DNA of 16,746 nt, taken from the IMG/VR virus record IMGVR_UViG_3300032167_007519; one strand, 5' to 3'. Below are positions 8,295 through 16,331 of this stretch, in pieces; position 1 is the stretch's first letter; the number at the start of each line of letters is the position of its first letter. Source of the stretch: a virus (Duplodnaviria; Heunggongvirae; Uroviricota; Caudoviricetes). The position numbers and the translations under genes are program-made. The notes under the pieces were generated by a model. It saw only the letters and a program-made list of their open reading frames with translations, ran no database searches and was not told the DNA's origin.

Positions 8295-8326
8295 ATATTA
8301 GCTACTTTTTGGTTTAAGATGGCGGA
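8295..8326 (-). promoter_or_regulatory. Copy 1 of the repeated motif TCCG-N5-TTAAACCAAAAAGTAGCTAATAT
   Basis: 23 bp (8295-8317) identical to 13049-13071, plus TCCG at the same offset; lies between a terminator and the start of a new gene block. Confidence 0.6.
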
Positions 8327-8332
8327 ACACAC

Positions 8333-8365
8333 AAAAAAAGCACCATCTTTTCAGACAATGCTTTT
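8333..8365 (-). terminator. Rho-independent terminator downstream of the DUF262 gene
   Basis: 13-bp stem AAAAGCAUUGUCU / AGAUGGUGCUUUU (three G-U pairs), GAAA tetraloop, U-tract. Confidence 0.85.
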
Positions 8366-8394
8366 CTTTCATTTGTTCTTTTTTTAAAAGATAA

Positions 8395-9234
8395 TTACAT
8401 CGTAATTTGAGGAATGGACGCTGATTCTCTTAACTCTTGTAATTGTTTTGCTACCTTTTCTAAATGAGAAATATCCATAGGCTTTCCGGTTGTGTTTAAA
8501 CGAATAAATTGCTCTAGAACAGCTTCTTTGTCTAGATTTCGCAATTTTGCTGTTTGGATTCGATGATGTTTAAAATAAGATTTGTCGGATGGACTTAAAT
8601 CATTATAATATACACCTCGATATGGGAATCGATTTTCATAATATTCTATTAATGTGGTTAACCGCTGTTTTCCATCTAAAATTTCATACATTTTTTCTTC
8701 ATACAAACCATATTCAGGTTCATATAAAACGAATTTTCCGATATCAGCATTTAGAAAAATACTATCTAAAAGTTTTTCTTTATCTTCTATGGTCCAAACA
8801 ATCTCACGTTGATATTCCGGGTCCATATTGATTCCAAAGGAATAATAATCATGTAATAATGATTGAATATCAGAATCATTAAAATGAACACGAATGTCTT
8901 GATTTGTAGCAAATTGAGTATTTTTAAATGTAATTGGTCTTATTTCGTGCCAAGCAGCTACTCGATAATGAGGTTCTTCTTTGACATCTCCATAAAATTC
9001 TGAACGATGTAAACAAGTAATTCCATATACTTTTCCATCGTAAAGGATTTCATCAATCGTACAATCTTTTAAATTGCCAAGAACAACTTTATCCCCTATC
9101 TTAAAATGATAGGTAGGTTCGTTGAGAAACGGGAGCTCTCGTTCAATCATCATGAGTTCGTGCTCTTTTTCTTTTTTTAGTTTTTCTTCTGGATTTAATA
9201 TTTTTTGAGTGGTTTTCTTTTTTATAGTTGACAT
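8395..9234 (-). CDS. Stand-alone DUF262 (GmrS/ParB-Srx-like) domain protein with an extra N-terminal domain, 279 aa
   Basis: Motifs PEYQREIVW, LLDSIF, EILDGKQRLTT and FIRLNTTGKP; no C-terminal HNH/DUF1524 domain. Confidence 0.85.
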   Translation of the reverse strand: MSTIKKKTTQKILNPEEKLKKEKEHELMMIERELPFLNEPTYHFKIGDKVVLGNLKDCTIDEILYDGKVYGITCLHRSEFYGDVKEEPHYRVAAWHEIRPITFKNTQFATNQDIRVHFNDSDIQSLLHDYYSFGINMDPEYQREIVWTIEDKEKLLDSIFLNADIGKFVLYEPEYGLYEEKMYEILDGKQRLTTLIEYYENRFPYRGVYYNDLSPSDKSYFKHHRIQTAKLRNLDKEAVLEQFIRLNTTGKPMDISHLEKVAKQLQELRESASIPQITM

Positions 9235-9260
9235 ATGTTATTTTTCCTTTTATATAGCGT

Positions 9261-9494
9261 TTACAAAATTAAACTAGGCGGAATGTGTTTCATGCAATGT
9301 TCTTTTGTGAAATCACTTCCAACTTCACAAATAAAGAACTTACCATCTAGACATAGGCAATTATGTTCTCCACCTTCTTCATATTCTTCGGTTTCGTAAT
9401 TATAGGCAGCAGTTTCTGTAAGAATGTCACCTTCAGATAAATATCTGCTTCCTGCTTTACAATCATGTAAAACGATATAGGTATCTCCTATCAT
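9261..9494 (-). CDS. Hypothetical protein, 77 aa
   Basis: ATGA overlap with the upstream gene; upstream AGGAGG-like SD. Confidence 0.7.
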   Translation of the reverse strand: MIGDTYIVLHDCKAGSRYLSEGDILTETAAYNYETEEYEEGGEHNCLCLDGKFFICEVGSDFTKEHCMKHIPPSLIL

Positions 9495-9865
9495 AAGTTA
9501 GGGGTTCCTCCTGTCATCATATTTGTTTTTTTATAAGCACTGTCATCAAAATAAATATGACGATTTTCATAGCAAAAATCGGTTTCATCTTCTTCTCTAT
9601 CTTCTAAACGGTTATCAATTAACAGTCGAATAAGGTTGTAGATACCTAATCTGTTTAAATGGTCATAATTATTCCACCAATCCAGAAGGTCATCGGTTAC
9701 TAAACCGACGGCAACGTTTCCAAGGTCAGAATCAATAACAAGTTGATGATATTTGTCTTCTTTTAACAAAGATGCTAATTCTTTTAGCTCGTCTTCAGTT
9801 AATGGTTCTGAAGCTCTTTTTTGATAAATAGCTAAATCATATTTTTTTGTTGTGTTCAAAGTCAT
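9491..9865 (-). CDS. Hypothetical acidic protein, 124 aa
   Basis: Co-oriented ORF with a modest SD (AGGA); fills the gap between its neighbours. Confidence 0.7.
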   Translation of the reverse strand: MTLNTTKKYDLAIYQKRASEPLTEDELKELASLLKEDKYHQLVIDSDLGNVAVGLVTDDLLDWWNNYDHLNRLGIYNLIRLLIDNRLEDREEDETDFCYENRHIYFDDSAYKKTNMMTGGTPNL

Positions 9866-9890
9866 AATTCAATAGTTCCTATGATTGTAA

Positions 9891-10130
9891 TTACTTTTTA
9901 TCATAATCAAAAATAGCTTCTTTGACAAGTTCTTTTTCTTTTCTATCTTTGATTGTGGATAAATGAAATGTTTTTCCGAAAGTACACATTTTACAGCTAC
10001 AATGGATTTTTCCTTTAGAATACATTCCGTCTTTTTTACACCAATCAAAACCATATAATTCGTGGCTTAAGTGTTTTTTTCTTGCAATAGCTTTGTGTCT
10101 TTCATTTCTACGATATTCACGAGTTCTCAT
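9891..10130 (-). CDS. Small basic protein with an HCSCxMC putative metal-binding motif, 79 aa, phage-like
   Basis: MRTREYRR...SKGKIHCSCKMC; SD AAGGAG 8 nt upstream of the ATG. Confidence 0.8.
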   Translation of the reverse strand: MRTREYRRNERHKAIARKKHLSHELYGFDWCKKDGMYSKGKIHCSCKMCTFGKTFHLSTIKDRKEKELVKEAIFDYDKK

Positions 10131-10134
10131 ATCT

Positions 10135-10219
10135 AACTCTCCTTAACAATTTATTTTCACCCTATAGCAAGCGTTAAGGAAAAGTAACTTACTATAGGAT
10201 GAATTTGTTAATAAGAGTT
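10135..10219 (-). promoter_or_regulatory. Extended RNA hairpin of about 85 nt that sequesters the SD of the 79-aa gene
   Basis: Arms 10219-10192 and 10167-10135 pair as a 15-position lower stem (one mismatch) and a 12-bp upper stem; AAGGAGAG lies in the 3' arm. Confidence 0.7.
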
Positions 10220-10239
10220 TCTAAAAAGAATAAATACAT
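10192..10239 (-). CDS. Putative leader peptide MYLFFLETLINKFIL (15 aa)
   Basis: SD AAAGGAG 7 nt before the ATG, overlapping the stop codon of the upstream gene; the ORF spans the 5' arm of the hairpin and stops at its top. Confidence 0.5.
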   Translation of the reverse strand: MYLFFLETLINKFIL

Positions 10240-10251
10240 GATAATTCTCCT

Positions 10252-10551
10252 TTATTTAGCCATTTTATAGCTTGGTGTTAAGTAATTGTAAATTTGCATA
10301 AACAACAAAGAGGCTTGCTCTTGATTAAGCTGAGTTGGAACATATAAAGCAAACGTGTCTGGTAATAAATTCCCGTTATGGTCAAATGCATCCCTTGATA
10401 CATAACAACATAAGCCAGAACATTTTAAACAAGCTGTTACTTTGGCATGAACCGTATCATTGAAATTACTATATAAATCCCAGTCTAAAGACTGATATTG
10501 CTCTGCTCCATTACAGAATAATTTATCTTCTTGTGTAAATGCTTGTAACAT
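10252..10551 (-). CDS. Hypothetical protein, 99 aa
   Basis: Co-oriented ORF with upstream AAGGTAGGT. Confidence 0.7.
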   Translation of the reverse strand: MLQAFTQEDKLFCNGAEQYQSLDWDLYSNFNDTVHAKVTACLKCSGLCCYVSRDAFDHNGNLLPDTFALYVPTQLNQEQASLLFMQIYNYLTPSYKMAK

Positions 10552-10561
10552 GGGAGGATAC

Positions 10562-11980
10562 CTACCTTTTTAAGAATATTTGGATGGTGGGGTCATCCTC
10601 TTTTAAATTATCAATTAAATCTTCAAATCCAGAAGAACCTTTATGGAAATCTTCTGAAGTTAAAACTGTGCCTTCTTGAGTTTTCATTTTTGACTCTGCC
10701 ATTCTTTTTGCTACAGCAGCTTGATTTTTTAATACCTGTTCATCAACCGCATGATATTTTTTATAAATAGTAGATAAAGAATCTGCATAAGTACGTTCAA
10801 AGGTATCTGTATATTTTTGTTCGCAAAAAGCTTTAAAATTTTCTAATGTCAAACGAGAAACAACTTGAGTGTCTTTTGAAAAATCATTGTTCTCATAAGA
10901 AATTTGAAACGCTTCTCCATTTCGAAAGACAATCGTGCCTGCTTTATATTCTCCAGAAGAATCTCGCAAGAAGGAATCTGTCTGAATAATTAAGTCGTCA
11001 AAATTATCTTTAGAGTAATTACACATTTGACTATATACTTCTGCATAAAAACCACAATCTAAAAGTTTTTCCATATCTTTACGGAAAATTGCATCTTCTG
11101 CTGTTTTTCGATAAGTAGGCTCTTTACGCTTATACTTTGTTTGGATAGGGTTTGTATTGAGATAGCTAATCAAATAGGCCACCTGTTCCTGTCCGACTAC
11201 CGCTCCGTCTGGTCCATACCATAAAATTGCATCACCAACCATAGCTTTCTTAACAACAAAGGATAAAGACCCAATTTTTACTTTCTTGGAGTGTAATCTG
11301 GATACATCTCCTTCAATTGTTGCAATTTGACGATGACTTTTTTCTAAAAAGCTATATTCATTTTCAACAGAATGAGATAATTTATTTTTATTGGTTTGAT
11401 AAAGCTTTTGTAAATCTCCCGGAGACAGTGTGTCTATGGTAATGGAATCTTGTTTTTGGAAATCTTCTATAGAAAGTTTTCTTAAATTACTTCCATGATA
11501 AATAGGAGTAAGAATCACATGACCTTCTTCATCATTTTTCTCACAAGCATAAGCTTTTCCGCCAGAAAAATATAATACAGTTCCCGGTTTCATTTGATTG
11601 ATTTTATCTCTAAAATCTTTTGGAAAAGAGGGACCAATAGACAAACCTAAAGATTGTAAAGTAACACTCATACCATTTAAAGCTTCAAAATTTTTATGTT
11701 CTGATTGTTCGGCAGATAAAACTAAGACTTCTTTGTCATTTGTATTTATATTTCTGGAATAAACTTCTGCTCCTCTTAAAAAGAATTTTAAACGTAAAGA
11801 AATTCCCATACTTGTTTCAAAAATAAATTCTTCTCCACTTTTGGCTTCACCCATTCTACGGTATTTTTGATAAATAGAATTTAGTGTGGTATAAAGCTCT
11901 GTAATATTAGAAGAATATGTGTCACAAGCTTGGATATAAGCTCCTTGTAATTCTTTATAAAGGTCACTATTTTTATTCAT
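10562..11980 (-). CDS. Hypothetical protein, 472 aa, no recognised domain
   Basis: Long ORF; start MNKNSDL at 11980 chosen from SD AAAGGAG. Confidence 0.8.
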   Translation of the reverse strand: MNKNSDLYKELQGAYIQACDTYSSNITELYTTLNSIYQKYRRMGEAKSGEEFIFETSMGISLRLKFFLRGAEVYSRNINTNDKEVLVLSAEQSEHKNFEALNGMSVTLQSLGLSIGPSFPKDFRDKINQMKPGTVLYFSGGKAYACEKNDEEGHVILTPIYHGSNLRKLSIEDFQKQDSITIDTLSPGDLQKLYQTNKNKLSHSVENEYSFLEKSHRQIATIEGDVSRLHSKKVKIGSLSFVVKKAMVGDAILWYGPDGAVVGQEQVAYLISYLNTNPIQTKYKRKEPTYRKTAEDAIFRKDMEKLLDCGFYAEVYSQMCNYSKDNFDDLIIQTDSFLRDSSGEYKAGTIVFRNGEAFQISYENNDFSKDTQVVSRLTLENFKAFCEQKYTDTFERTYADSLSTIYKKYHAVDEQVLKNQAAVAKRMAESKMKTQEGTVLTSEDFHKGSSGFEDLIDNLKEDDPTIQIFLKR

Positions 11981-12002
11981 ATAAAACTCCTTTCTAGGAG
12001 AA

Positions 12003-12710
12003 CTACATTGTAAGTGCAGGAGGGGCATTTAAATAATTTGGATGGCTCATTACATAAGGAACTGCTTCTGGAACAGATAGCAAATGATTTAAAATCTGTG
12101 CCGTCGCATTTGGATTTTTTGCAACTTCTATTTTTACATCAGTGAATGGACTGTGAGCCAATGCATATAATGTTTTAGGGTGTGTTTTGGGATTACTTGC
12201 AATAGTTAAAGAATATAATTCGTCATTGAAATAAGTTTGAGCATAGTTATGAAGGTCTGCTTGTTTGATTGTTTTTGACTGAAGTTTTGAGAGAAGTTGT
12301 TCTTTCTCTTTTATAAGTCTTATTACTTCTTTGTCTGCAATTTGCTCTTGTGTTACAGAACCATTAAGGAGTAGTTTTGTAAAATTAAAACAACGCTTAG
12401 CAATCATTGGCCCTAAATTGGTGTTAAAAAAATAAGTCAAATCTTTATAGGAACTATTAGACCTTAGCATATGGTTATCATATAAATAAAAATAGGTTGT
12501 TTTATTAAAGACATGAACTACTCCCTGTTTTGTGCGAGAAGTGTTTAACGGAAAAGATATTGTAAAATTTGGGACTTCTTTTTGATTCTGTAGTGCATAT
12601 TCTACAGATGTACATATTTGGCAAATGTCTCCTTTTATAGTATCATATTGCACTTGCGATAATAACTTAGAATCATTGATTAAATATCCATAATTTTTAC
12701 GAGTCTCCAT
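12003..12710 (-). CDS. Hypothetical protein with C-terminal LRV/HEAT-like helical repeats, 235 aa
   Basis: IASNPKTHPKTLYALA / VAKNPNATAQILNHL / VMSHPN repeats; SD GGAG. Confidence 0.75.
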   Translation of the reverse strand: METRKNYGYLINDSKLLSQVQYDTIKGDICQICTSVEYALQNQKEVPNFTISFPLNTSRTKQGVVHVFNKTTYFYLYDNHMLRSNSSYKDLTYFFNTNLGPMIAKRCFNFTKLLLNGSVTQEQIADKEVIRLIKEKEQLLSKLQSKTIKQADLHNYAQTYFNDELYSLTIASNPKTHPKTLYALAHSPFTDVKIEVAKNPNATAQILNHLLSVPEAVPYVMSHPNYLNAPPALTM

Positions 12711-12960
12711 AAGTTACTCCATAACATCGAAAATCCGCTTTTACCCAAGCCATAATAGCTTCTTTTAATTCTTCAGAGGTTTTAGAAGAAATAATTTCAT
12801 TGAGCCTATTTTTATCGAATCCGGCGGCTTCATTATAAGTCGCTGCAACAAAATAAGGAGCTGCTTCCTCCAAAGTATTAGTAGTTGTCTTTTCATAAAG
12901 TTTTAATAATTCGGTATCGAATTCAATGGCTTTTCCATAAACGTTAATCACAGTATTCAT
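12697..12960 (-). CDS. Hypothetical protein, 87 aa
   Basis: SD GGAGG; first gene after the extended -10 promoter. Confidence 0.8.
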   Translation of the reverse strand: MNTVINVYGKAIEFDTELLKLYEKTTTNTLEEAAPYFVAATYNEAAGFDKNRLNEIISSKTSEELKEAIMAWVKADFRCYGVTYGDS

Positions 12961-12997
12961 ATAAAAACCTCCATTTTCACATATCTAGTTGCAGTTA

Positions 12998-13006
12998 ATT
13001 ATATCA
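12998..13006 (-). promoter_or_regulatory. Extended -10 promoter TGaTATAAT
   Basis: Exact TGnTATAAT about 40 nt upstream of the ATG at 12960; an inverted repeat TATAGGAAA...TTTCCTATA (13011-13049) lies just upstream. Confidence 0.55.
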
Positions 13007-13048
13007 AAATTATAGGAAAAATAAACTATTTATTTTTTTCTTTCCTAT

Positions 13049-13080
13049 ATATTAGCTACTTTTTGGTTTAATATTACGGA
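13049..13080 (-). promoter_or_regulatory. Copy 2 of the repeated motif TCCG-N5-TTAAACCAAAAAGTAGCTAATAT
   Basis: Identical 23-mer and the same position relative to an upstream terminator as copy 1. Confidence 0.6.
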
Positions 13081-13081
13081 C

Positions 13082-13116
13082 AAAAAGAATAAGCACAGCT
13101 ATTATACCGTGCTTAT
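13082..13116 (-). terminator. Rho-independent terminator closing the pncB-pncA-HD-AAA operon
   Basis: 10-bp stem AUAAGCACGG / CUGUGCUUAU, 8-nt loop, then UCUUUUU; begins 9 nt after the AAA stop codon. Confidence 0.8.
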
Positions 13117-13125
13117 CGTAAAATA

Positions 13126-14244
13126 TTATACAGAATAATGCAGAGCTTTTGTTGGTTTGCGAAGAATAACAAGGTCATTCATTTTCATTGTACGGATATG
13201 TTCGGCATTCTGTTTGTCTTCTTCGTCATATTCATCAAAAGTTAAATTAACTTTTTCCGCTGGAACAATAGTTTGTCCAGAGACAGAGTCAAAAGCACAG
13301 TGAATTGTATCAAAGTCGATATAGAAACCATCCAAACTTTTATACTGACAAGGAATCCATACATGTGCATGAGACTCTGGGTCAAATAAATCCAAGGAGG
13401 CTTCACGAACTGTACCACTCAACCCATTTTCAAAACTAACTGTAATACGATAGACTTCTTTGGAAATGTTTAAGATATTTAAATCTTTAATTGCTTCATC
13501 AAAACTATCTCCATTATTAAGTTCAAATTCAATCGCACGTAAACAGTCATAGTTTAATGGGATTCTTCTGGAAAATGCAATTACTTTTTCGATTTCCTTC
13601 CAATACTGTTTGTTTAACTTATCTTGTAAATACTCCTGAATCTCAGGAACAGACGGATATTCAAACCGAAAGTGATAATGAAATCTTCCCGGACGATTAA
13701 CCAAATAATCATTCAGTTTATAAAGTTCGTTACAAGTTATAACAAATAACTTTTTACCTTGAGCCATTCCGTCAAATAAACTTAATAGTTCCGCCTGTGC
13801 ATCTGCAGAATTGTCAGAAGCTCTGACATCAGCAAAGGTTTTGTCGAATTCATCAAACAAAACCATAACTTCTTGGTCAATACTTTCAATAAATGCTTCG
13901 ACACCGGGAACATATCTATCTACTAAAATTAAAGGAATTCCTGATTCAATGGCCCGAACTGATAAAAGCTTTGCAAATAAAGATTTACCAATGCCTTTAT
14001 CCCCACTTAGAATAACTCCTAAATTTCGATGGAACATTTTGAAACTTCTAAGGACTTTTTCCACTTTGTTTTCGTGAACGCCATAAATCTTAGATTCTTT
14101 TATCTCAATATCTGTATGTTTCTCTAAAAAGAATCCGGTGTGTTTGTCAAACCGAACGGAATAGCACTGTGCTGGTAAAGTTTCGTAAGTTTTTAAATCA
14201 TTACTATAAATCTGAAATGTATTTCCAGTGCTAACTGCTTTCAT
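13126..14244 (-). CDS. AAA+ ATPase, single module, 372 aa
   Basis: Walker A GDKGIGKS, Walker B VLFDEFDK, sensor-1 ITCN, arginine finger NRPGRF; SD AAAGGAG. Confidence 0.92.
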   Translation of the reverse strand: MKAVSTGNTFQIYSNDLKTYETLPAQCYSVRFDKHTGFFLEKHTDIEIKESKIYGVHENKVEKVLRSFKMFHRNLGVILSGDKGIGKSLFAKLLSVRAIESGIPLILVDRYVPGVEAFIESIDQEVMVLFDEFDKTFADVRASDNSADAQAELLSLFDGMAQGKKLFVITCNELYKLNDYLVNRPGRFHYHFRFEYPSVPEIQEYLQDKLNKQYWKEIEKVIAFSRRIPLNYDCLRAIEFELNNGDSFDEAIKDLNILNISKEVYRITVSFENGLSGTVREASLDLFDPESHAHVWIPCQYKSLDGFYIDFDTIHCAFDSVSGQTIVPAEKVNLTFDEYDEEDKQNAEHIRTMKMNDLVILRKPTKALHYSV

Positions 14245-14270
14245 AAGATATGGTCTCCTTTATTGTTTTA

Positions 14271-14924
14271 CTAGTCGTGATATTCTTTCATCCATTTTTC
14301 ATAAGCAACCGGATATTTTAACTTTAAAATGTCATTTACACTTCGGATGTTTGTTCTTAATACAAATAAAATATCGGAAAGTTCTGCCCATTTTTCTTTG
14401 GCTTCTTTTAATACTGGTAACAAAAGAGATTCTGTTTCTGCAGCATTTTTACCGATATTTTCATCGCTTAATGCAAATGGCATATCAGAAAGATTATTGT
14501 AACGGTCAAAAGCTTTTGTTAAAACTGCTTCTTTACTTTCTAATAGCGTCTTGAAATATCGTTTCTTTGTTTCTACCTTTGTTTCTCCGGGAAGTGGAGT
14601 AATCGTCATGCATTTTACGGCGAACTTTACTGTGTCAGAAACTGGGAGGTATTCTACCGGAACATTACAATCTTCTACCACATCATGTAAAAGAATAGTA
14701 GAAATAACATTATCATCTCTTAATCCCAAGGCAACAGCATAACAAGCCATAGATAATGGGTGTACGATGTAAGGGACTCCATTTTTCCGAGTTTGAAATT
14801 TATGTTTTTCTCTTGCGAATTGGAGGGCGGCGATAGACTGTGTTAATCCAGCGCCAATTAAATAACCACGAAGATAGGTATACATTTTTTCTACATTATA
14901 TTGATAATTGAGGGCTTCAGACAT
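14271..14924 (-). CDS. Stand-alone SpoT/Mesh1-like HD-domain hydrolase (small alarmone hydrolase-like), 217 aa
   Basis: RKNGVPYIVHP, LLHDVVED and KAFDRYNN motifs of the RelA/SpoT hydrolase domain; no synthetase domain; SD AAAGGAGG. Confidence 0.88.
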   Translation of the reverse strand: MSEALNYQYNVEKMYTYLRGYLIGAGLTQSIAALQFAREKHKFQTRKNGVPYIVHPLSMACYAVALGLRDDNVISTILLHDVVEDCNVPVEYLPVSDTVKFAVKCMTITPLPGETKVETKKRYFKTLLESKEAVLTKAFDRYNNLSDMPFALSDENIGKNAAETESLLLPVLKEAKEKWAELSDILFVLRTNIRSVNDILKLKYPVAYEKWMKEYHD

Positions 14925-14973
14925 AACAAAATCCTCCTTTACAGATAATGATAAGCGTTCATGGGGTAACTTC

Positions 14974-15525
14974 TTATTCGTTAATAACGTTGATTTGGCA
15001 GCTCTTCATAGTTTCTAATGCAGCTTTATGCTTTTCTGGAGTTAATCCAGCACAACAACTAGCATCTATTGTGATTTTTGCTTCCGGATAGGTTGCTTTT
15101 AAAATTAAAGCATTGGATACTACACAAATGTCAGTGCATGTACCAACTAATTCTAATTCAATGCCAGCACCAGTACAGTTTGCGTTTTCTCCATCAATGC
15201 CAAGATTCTTTCCTTCCCACTGCCATCCGGTAAATCCAAATGTAGTCTTTTTGATATGTATAGCTTTTGGTAATTCAAGTTCCGGAACAATATTCCATCC
15301 CTTTGTGTCACGGATACAATGAGGAACCGGAAGCAATTTTCCTTCCTGAAACTCTAAATAATTTTTGTAATGAGTATCCATAGTAAATAAAATAGAATCT
15401 TCTCTTTCTAAATACTCGTCCATCTTTGCACGGATGTTAGGAATAATCGCTTCTGCTGCTGGATTTGCTAATGCTCCACGGACAAAATCTTCCTGCATAT
15501 CAATAATAATTAATGTCTTTTTCAT
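14974..15525 (-). CDS. pncA: Nicotinamidase (isochorismatase/cysteine hydrolase family), 183 aa
   Basis: IIIDMQEDF, DTH and PHC metal ligands, KKTTFG, GTCTDICV; true start MKKT at 15525 with SD AAAGGAGG; pncB nearby. Confidence 0.88.
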   Translation of the reverse strand: MKKTLIIIDMQEDFVRGALANPAAEAIIPNIRAKMDEYLEREDSILFTMDTHYKNYLEFQEGKLLPVPHCIRDTKGWNIVPELELPKAIHIKKTTFGFTGWQWEGKNLGIDGENANCTGAGIELELVGTCTDICVVSNALILKATYPEAKITIDASCCAGLTPEKHKAALETMKSCQINVINE

Positions 15526-15541
15526 AAAGTAGCCTCCTTTA

Positions 15542-15889
15542 TTAAAAAATAAAATTTTGTGGGTGTTCGTTTGTAATACGATAATGACAATATAATATAT
15601 TGTTTCTCTCTGAAATGTGAGGGTCAAAAATCCATAATCCAGTTTTCATCATACGTTTTGCAGTCTTTATCTCTTTATAATAAGTACAGCCTCGTCTGAT
15701 TAAAGGTTTATGTTGTCTTCTTCTACGGTTATTATTTGCTAACCCCCAATCATAAACATTGTCTGGAGTCAATGGATATGGCGCAAAAATATGTTCCTTA
15801 GTGAGCTCCTGCTGTGCTACAGCAATTGACTTTTCAAAAACTTTCTTAAACTTTCGAGAAGCAATACTTCGTTTTCTTCGTCTATTCAT
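15542..15889 (-). CDS. Highly basic hypothetical protein, 115 aa
   Basis: SD AAAGGA; Arg/Lys-rich; fits between its neighbours once pncA is trimmed. Confidence 0.65.
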   Translation of the reverse strand: MNRRRKRSIASRKFKKVFEKSIAVAQQELTKEHIFAPYPLTPDNVYDWGLANNNRRRRQHKPLIRRGCTYYKEIKTAKRMMKTGLWIFDPHISERNNILYCHYRITNEHPQNFIF

Positions 15890-15919
15890 AATGTACTATT
15901 CCTTTCTTATAAAAGAGGT

Positions 15920-16270
15920 TTACTCTAGCAGAACTTTCATAATCTCATTGTCTTTATTATAAAGAATAGTACAAAGCACAGAGTCTCCAATTTGAAGGGT
16001 GTTATATTCGGAAGAAGTACAAACAATTTGAGTAGTAACTCCCGGTTCAAATTCTAAATCTAAATAATAGGTAGTGGTTCTTATAAAAGTTTTTCCAGTA
16101 TATACATTTCGAGAATCCTGATGTTTATTAACAATAGTTAATTCTACTCCGGGCTGCGTTTCACATTCTGAAAGTGTTTTAGCGTTTATCCCACTGAAAC
16201 AAAGAAGAAGTACAAAAGTTCCAATTATAAAGAGACATCCTGCCGTTAAAATATTTTTTACATCACTCAT
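15920..16270 (-). CDS. Membrane-anchored hypothetical protein, 116 aa, possibly DUF2500-like
   Basis: N-terminal TM helix; YYLDLEF...EYNTLQIGD segment; ATG at 16270 fits the AGGAG spacing better than 16276. Confidence 0.7.
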   Translation of the reverse strand: MSDVKNILTAGCLFIIGTFVLLLCFSGINAKTLSECETQPGVELTIVNKHQDSRNVYTGKTFIRTTTYYLDLEFEPGVTTQIVCTSSEYNTLQIGDSVLCTILYNKDNEIMKVLLE

Positions 16271-16331
16271 AATCATAATCTCCTAATTTTATATACTTTA
16301 TTGTGGGGAGAAGTAAGGAGTTTTAGAGCAC

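Noticed and set aside
8295-8317. Repeated motif as a sigma-28 (SigD) promoter, attractive given the MCPs
   Set aside because: GCTAATAT resembles GCCGATAT, but TAAA is only 10 nt upstream rather than about 15, and the bases at the proper -35 position differ between the two copies.
9869-10054. 61-aa minus-strand ORF
   Set aside because: Alternative frame inside the better-supported 79-aa gene, with no SD.
11981-12028. N-terminal extension of the 488-aa ORF
   Set aside because: It overlaps the upstream stop codon; the SD supports 11980.
15526-15627. N-terminal extension of pncA
   Set aside because: It overlaps the 115-aa gene; AAAGGAGG precedes the ATG at 15525 and the family motif starts right there.
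5343-15962. Plus-strand ORFs in the track (5343-5534, 8589-8831, 13811-14077, 14228-14554, 14551-14742, 15113-15322, 15759-15962)
   Set aside because: All lie antisense to well-supported minus-strand genes and carry no recognisable motifs; they are treated as shadow ORFs.
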